DNA of 59,503 nucleotides from a virus (Duplodnaviria; Caudoviricetes): IMG/VR virus record IMGVR_UViG_3300043715_000001, positions 1 to 59,503 of that record; one strand, 5' to 3'. Shown piece by piece: positions 54,989 to 59,503 of this stretch (position 1 is its first letter; each line of letters starts with the position of its first letter). The notes under the pieces were generated by a model. It saw only the letters and a program-made list of their open reading frames with translations, ran no database searches and was not told where the DNA came from. The position numbers and the translations under genes were made by a program.

Positions 54989-55141
54989 ATGTCTTATTGG
55001 GCTTGGGCCTTGGCCATCATCGCGGCGATCTACATCCCGTCAGTCATCGTGGTGTGGGTGTGCGTGTTCTACGCCGAGGAGGACCCAGACGAGGTGGACG
55101 TGGCTAACCATGAACTCAAAAAGTTCTTGGAGGACCGCTAA
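54989..55141 (+). CDS. 50-aa single-TM protein
   Basis: GGAGA RBS; WAWALAIIAAIYIPSVIVVWVCVFY then acidic tail. Confidence 0.6.
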   Translation: MSYWAWALAIIAAIYIPSVIVVWVCVFYAEEDPDEVDVANHELKKFLEDR

Positions 55142-55165
55142 CAAAACAAGCTAACAACAGCGGTA

Positions 55166-55194
55166 TTGACATAAGCACAAGCCTGTGTTAGTAT
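55166..55194 (+). promoter_or_regulatory. Sigma70-like promoter
   Basis: TTGACA-N17-TAGTAT; GCTAACA at 55137 and 55150; TGTTAG overlapping -10. Confidence 0.7.
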
Positions 55195-55231
55195 ATTAAC
55201 CATGCTGGGAAGGGGCTGTTTCGGCCCCTCC

Positions 55232-55248
55232 GGTTAAACCGTTTAACC
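55232..55248. repeat. 17-bp palindrome copy 8, preceded by a GC hairpin
   Basis: AGGGGCTG-TTT-CGGCCCCT then GGTTAAACCGTTTAACC. Confidence 0.85.
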
Positions 55249-55293
55249 AAACGGCGATCCCCGCATAACATTTGGAAAAGGAAACAAGCGAAA

Positions 55294-56310
55294 ATGAGAC
55301 CGTCAGCACTTAAGACGACCCTTAAAGCCATGATCCAGCAAGGCAAGAACACCTACATTGAGGGCTCGCCAGGGCTCGGCAAAACCGAGATCGTCAAGCA
55401 AGTTGTCAAGGAGCTTGGTTCGAAGTATCTTACCATCTTTAAACACGCACCCACACTTCTCCCCGAGGACCTTGCCTTGCCCTTTCGCACGGAAGACGGG
55501 AGATTGGACTTTGCCCGCGCCGGCTGGCTGCCGCTAAACGGGGATTATGACGCCCACGAACATGTAGTGGTGATCATAGACGAGTTGGCGCAGGCCGACC
55601 ATAGCGTTCAGAAGACACTCGCCAACCTTATGCAGGAGCGCGAGAGTTACGGTGTCCCACTCCATAAGCGCGTCTCGTTCGTCGCCACCGGCAACGGCAC
55701 GGCGCACCGGGCAGGCGCTAACCGCATCCTCAGCCATGTCCGCGGCAGGATGCTCAACCTCAAATTTGAGGCTTCGCTCGACGATTTTTGTCAGTGGGCT
55801 TTGGACAACAACATCCGGCCCGAGATCATCGCGTTTCTCAGGTTCCGTCCGGACCAACTGAACGACTTCGATCCCAACCGCGACGTGAACCCCACGCCGC
55901 GCACGTGGAGCCAGGGCGTCAACGATCTCCTTGAGGCGATCGACAAGAAGCTCATACCGGCTGAAGCCGAGTACGAGATCACAGAAGGATATGTGGGAGA
56001 AGGAGCTGCAGTTCAATTTTCGTCCTTCGTGAAGATGTACAGAAAACTCCCGTCGCCAGAAGCCGTGCTTCTGAACGCAGATAAGCACCCAGTTCCTACA
56101 GAACCTTCAGTCCTCTACGCCTTAGCTGGGGCTTTGGCACATCGTACAACTGAGAATAACATCGACCGTGTCACAACTTTTTCTAAGCGTATTCCTGCAG
56201 AATATGAAGTTTTACTTCTCCTGGATGCTATAAGGAAGAACTCAGCTTTGCAATCAACTAAGTCGTTCACTGAATGGGCCATCACCCGCGGCAAGGACGT
56301 GTTGCTGTAG
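55294..56310 (+). CDS. MoxR-like AAA+ ATPase
   Basis: GSPGLGKT, IIDE, VATGN, PTPRTW. Confidence 0.9.
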   Translation: MRPSALKTTLKAMIQQGKNTYIEGSPGLGKTEIVKQVVKELGSKYLTIFKHAPTLLPEDLALPFRTEDGRLDFARAGWLPLNGDYDAHEHVVVIIDELAQADHSVQKTLANLMQERESYGVPLHKRVSFVATGNGTAHRAGANRILSHVRGRMLNLKFEASLDDFCQWALDNNIRPEIIAFLRFRPDQLNDFDPNRDVNPTPRTWSQGVNDLLEAIDKKLIPAEAEYEITEGYVGEGAAVQFSSFVKMYRKLPSPEAVLLNADKHPVPTEPSVLYALAGALAHRTTENNIDRVTTFSKRIPAEYEVLLLLDAIRKNSALQSTKSFTEWAITRGKDVLL

Positions 56311-56347
56311 CAGTCTCAGTGTGTGCGTGGGGAGGCTTCGGCCTCCC

Positions 56348-56364
56348 GGTTAAACCGTTTAACC
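56348..56364. repeat. 17-bp palindrome copy 9, preceded by a UUCG hairpin
   Basis: GGGAGGC-TTCG-GCCTCCC then GGTTAAACCGTTTAACC. Confidence 0.85.
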
Positions 56365-56378
56365 TGAGGAACTAACAC

Positions 56379-56966
56379 ATGCAAATCCATCTCCCAATCC
56401 CCACGCGCCTGCCGGGCTTCGAGACGACCATCACGCAGACGATGGACGTGAGCAGGCTCACAGACGGTCAGTTCACCCGAGTGCGCAACGCCGCGCGGGC
56501 TGGCTACGTCACCGGCAACGGCTATGTGATGAAAATGCTCGACCAAATCGCCGGGCGGTACGGGCTCATGAAGCCAATCCTGGTGGTGCGCAACGGCTGG
56601 CATCTCGTGGACGTGACCCACGCGCTGCTCCACCCAGACAACGAGCACTTCAACCAGAGCATCCCCGAGGAGCTTATGGCTCTGAGCGACGTGCGCCAGA
56701 AGTTCGCTGACGCCACCAAGGGCGCGCAGCACAACAAGAAAAGCCAGCTGGCCCAATACGACGGCACGCTTGGGTATCTGGCGCTCGTCGGCTGGGTGGA
56801 GACATCCATGACGGAACTCCGCAAGGAAATCCTCAAGCGGTTCGAGGCTGTGCCGGAGTTCGTGACGAACAACAAGGCGCTGGCCGAACTCGTGGAGACG
56901 CGGCCAGTCATCCCTGTGTACAATAAGATACTATCCAGCGGCGATATAGTCAGCGCCGACGCCTAA
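56379..56966 (+). CDS. Hypothetical protein
   Basis: GAGGA RBS; 195 aa. Confidence 0.7.
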   Translation: MQIHLPIPTRLPGFETTITQTMDVSRLTDGQFTRVRNAARAGYVTGNGYVMKMLDQIAGRYGLMKPILVVRNGWHLVDVTHALLHPDNEHFNQSIPEELMALSDVRQKFADATKGAQHNKKSQLAQYDGTLGYLALVGWVETSMTELRKEILKRFEAVPEFVTNNKALAELVETRPVIPVYNKILSSGDIVSADA

Positions 56967-57018
56967 CATTTCCAACCCTAACACCACACCTTAACATCCT
57001 AACAGAAGGAACCAAACC

Positions 57019-57870
57019 ATGTCGCTTGCTAACAAAGCGTTGCTGGTAAGCTTGAATATTAGCATGTGGACTGCTAGGAAATTTGATCGCACTGAAAGCG
57101 AAGCCGTGTCCGACAAGTACGGCGCGATCAAGGGCTCGGCTCGCGTGAACAAGTCCCTCCTCCCTGGTGCGCAGTCGCTGCGCGATGTCGCCTTGCTGGC
57201 TGGCAACATCCGCACAGAGTACTACCAGATGACGCTCCCGTGGATGGAGAACATGCAAATCCTGAAGTCCGAGGGCTACCTCGCCTTCACACAGGAGATG
57301 AACCGCCACCAGCGGGCCTGGGAGCGCCTTGTCGACAAGTTCATCGGCGAGTACCCGGCGCTCAGAGATGACGCCAGGGCGCGCCTTAACGGGCTCTACA
57401 GTGACGCCGACTACCCGCCCACGCATGAGGTGCGCGCCAAGTTCAAGTTCGACATGGCGTTCTACCCGGTGCCGGACTCCAAGGACTGGCGCGTGCAGTT
57501 GTCTGACTCCGAGACTGACTACTTGCGGCGTCAGATTGAGGATAAAGTCATGAGTTGTCAGGGACGCGCCATGCGCGAAGCCTGGGACCGCATATATAAA
57601 GTAGTCAGTAAAGCGCAAGAGCGACTGGCTGACCTCAAGAACGTCTTCCGCGACACGCTGATCGAGAACGCACGCGAGCTGTGCGAGATACTGCCCACGC
57701 TCAACATCGCGGACGATCCTCACCTCGAAAGTATGAGGGACGAGGTGGAGCGTAGACTATGCGCCTACGATCCCGACGACTTGCGCAACAACGACCACGT
57801 GCGTCTCGCCGTCGCCGATCAACTCAAAGATATGATGGAGCGCATGGCTCCTTTCATGGGAGCAGCCTAA
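57019..57870 (+). CDS. Conserved helical protein of AAA/VWA loci (DUF3150-like)
   Basis: LVSLNISMWTARKFDR, TLPW, DYP....R.KF, LNIADDP.L. Confidence 0.7.
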   Translation: MSLANKALLVSLNISMWTARKFDRTESEAVSDKYGAIKGSARVNKSLLPGAQSLRDVALLAGNIRTEYYQMTLPWMENMQILKSEGYLAFTQEMNRHQRAWERLVDKFIGEYPALRDDARARLNGLYSDADYPPTHEVRAKFKFDMAFYPVPDSKDWRVQLSDSETDYLRRQIEDKVMSCQGRAMREAWDRIYKVVSKAQERLADLKNVFRDTLIENARELCEILPTLNIADDPHLESMRDEVERRLCAYDPDDLRNNDHVRLAVADQLKDMMERMAPFMGAA

Positions 57871-57904
57871 TGGGGATTTTATATGTAGGCACGTGCGTGA
57901 GCCC

Positions 57905-58186
57905 ATGAAGCCAGAAGCATTCGACCCCGGCGACGGGTGGTCGTCGACCAGTCACCCAGACGGCACGCTGCAGGTGTACATTCGCGATGCGCAGTGGAAG
58001 GAAGCCCTCTACATCGAGCGCGTGGAAGGCAAGAACAGCAGGCGCAAGAAGTGGTGCATCGTCTCGCGTAATCCGCCCGAGAAGTGGGGGCGCGCCAAGT
58101 ATGCGCCCAAGATCGCGGGGCCATTTGCAACCTTGGAGGGCGCGCAAGCGGCATATCTTATGCTGCGAGCAGCCAGGAATTATTAG
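57905..58186 (+). CDS. Hypothetical protein
   Basis: ORF in operon orientation. Confidence 0.55.
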   Translation: MKPEAFDPGDGWSSTSHPDGTLQVYIRDAQWKEALYIERVEGKNSRRKKWCIVSRNPPEKWGRAKYAPKIAGPFATLEGAQAAYLMLRAARNY

Positions 58187-58220
58187 GTAGGCTTTACCTA
58201 CTGATCAAGGCAGCTGGCGC

Positions 58221-58261
58221 TTGACGCCAGCAGCTAACACGTGGTATTAAACCTGCTAACA
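58221..58261 (+). promoter_or_regulatory. Promoter-like site with phased GCTAACA boxes
   Basis: TTGACG-N18-TATTAA; GCTAACA at 58233 and 58255. Confidence 0.55.
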
Positions 58262-58275
58262 AAAGGGATATCAGC

Positions 58276-59427
58276 ATGGCACAGTTAACAGTCAAGGAAA
58301 AGCTAACTAAAGCTCGGGCTTCGCTAATTATGTCGCAGCCCTTCTTCGCAAGTCTTGTGTGTAGTGCTCCACTAATCGAGGACGATACTATCGTCCCACC
58401 TACTATGTGCACGAATGGAAAATGGATACGCTTTCATCCTGCGTTCGTGTCAGAACTCACTGTGGAGGAGCTGAAGTTCGTACTGGGCCACGAAGTTGGA
58501 CACATGGTTTTTCAGCACATGTTCCGGCGCGGCAAGCGCAACCCGGTCATCTGGAACTTCGCGGGCGACTACATCATCAATGATATGCTCACCAAGGAAG
58601 GCATAGGCGCTATGCCTGCAGGCAAGCACGCAGGGTTGCTCGACGCGAACAAAGTCCAGGCCGGTGGCGGCACCACCGAGGGCGTCTATGACGTGATCTA
58701 CCAGGAGCTTGACAGCCAAGGCTGGATCAAGAAACTGGGCGTCGGCGACCAGTGGGACAACTGCCAGGACCCAGGCGGGACCCAGGCGGAGAAGCAGCAG
58801 GCCGAGGCTGAGATGAAGATAGCCGTGGCGCAGGCAGCCGCGGCAGCTAAGATGTGCGGCAAGTTGGGCGAAAGTCTCGAGCGTTTCGTCAACCAAGCGT
58901 TGAAGCCCAAGGTGGATTGGAAGGCTGTGCTGCGTCGGTTCGTCTCCACCAAGGCCAAGAACGAGCGGTCGTACTCCAGGCCGAAACGCCGGTTCATCGC
59001 CGACGACATGTATCTCCCTGGTCTCTCCGGAGACCAGTTAGGGGAAATGGTAGTGGCCGTGGACTGCTCGGGGTCCATCTCCCAGAAAGAGATCGAGGAG
59101 TTCGCGGCGGAACTGCGGGCGATACACGAGGACCTTAAGCCCTCGAAAATGCACGTAATTTATTGGCACTCAGATGTATCTCGCCACGATATATTTGAGG
59201 TGTACGACGAGCTTGTAATCAAGCCTAACGGTACAGGTGGCACAGAGTTTGCGCCTGTGTTAGATTACATCGTGAAGAATGGCATAGAACCCACGTGTTG
59301 TGTGGTGCTAACAGATTTATGCATTGGGACATTCGGCGACGACCCAGGCTACCCAGTGCTCTGGTGCAGCACATATAAAGGTACGGCCCCTTGGGGCGAC
59401 GTAATCTGCATGGCAGATAAGCTTTAA
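58276..59427 (+). CDS. Metallopeptidase-like plus VWA domain protein (DUF2201 type)
   Basis: HEVGH zincin motif, WNFAGDY.IN, MIDAS DCSGS, GGTEF, LTD. Confidence 0.9.
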   Translation: MAQLTVKEKLTKARASLIMSQPFFASLVCSAPLIEDDTIVPPTMCTNGKWIRFHPAFVSELTVEELKFVLGHEVGHMVFQHMFRRGKRNPVIWNFAGDYIINDMLTKEGIGAMPAGKHAGLLDANKVQAGGGTTEGVYDVIYQELDSQGWIKKLGVGDQWDNCQDPGGTQAEKQQAEAEMKIAVAQAAAAAKMCGKLGESLERFVNQALKPKVDWKAVLRRFVSTKAKNERSYSRPKRRFIADDMYLPGLSGDQLGEMVVAVDCSGSISQKEIEEFAAELRAIHEDLKPSKMHVIYWHSDVSRHDIFEVYDELVIKPNGTGGTEFAPVLDYIVKNGIEPTCCVVLTDLCIGTFGDDPGYPVLWCSTYKGTAPWGDVICMADKL

Positions 59428-59503
59428 AAGTTAATAGTCCGCCGGGGGCCTGGGATTTCCCTCAGGCAGCGCCAAGCCAGATCGAGTGGCGCAAGTAACC
59501 TCT

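Noticed and set aside
53705-56364. Palindrome copies as a CRISPR-like array
   Set aside because: Spacing is irregular (231 to 1116 bp) and the intervening DNA contains ordinary genes

Overview
Part of a temperate tailed dsDNA phage genome with podovirus-type morphogenesis genes, cut inside DNA polymerase on the left and just after a VWA/metallopeptidase gene on the right. 1-13.8 kb (+): replication and recombination genes (family A polymerase C-terminus, Ntn hydrolase, Cas4-like nuclease, VRR-NUC, Xis/Int with an apparently intact attP, SNF2 helicase, SSB-like protein, HTH, primase-helicase). 13.8-50.9 kb (-): late genes (terminase, fibre and depolymerase cassettes, GH108 endolysin, portal, scaffold, capsid, connectors, tail, ejection proteins including a 2160-aa polyvalent protein). 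50.9-53 kb: divergent control region, possibly also origin or genome end. 53-59.5 kb (+): early genes (RHH, small proteins, MoxR-type AAA, VWA). There are seven free-standing homing-endonuclease-type genes plus remnants. Most unusual observations: nine copies of a 17-bp palindrome GGTTAAAYNRTTTAACC; CTAAC boxes phased at 21-23 bp over many sigma70-like promoters; a 45-aa gene nested out of frame inside the giant ejection-protein gene; a coupled run of 18-21-aa membrane micropeptide genes; tailspike/depolymerase proteins with Sec-type signal peptides; an endolysin-holin fusion with an internal start; and two candidate nucleotide-sponge anti-defence genes flanking terS. All family assignments are by eye from motifs; no database search was run.
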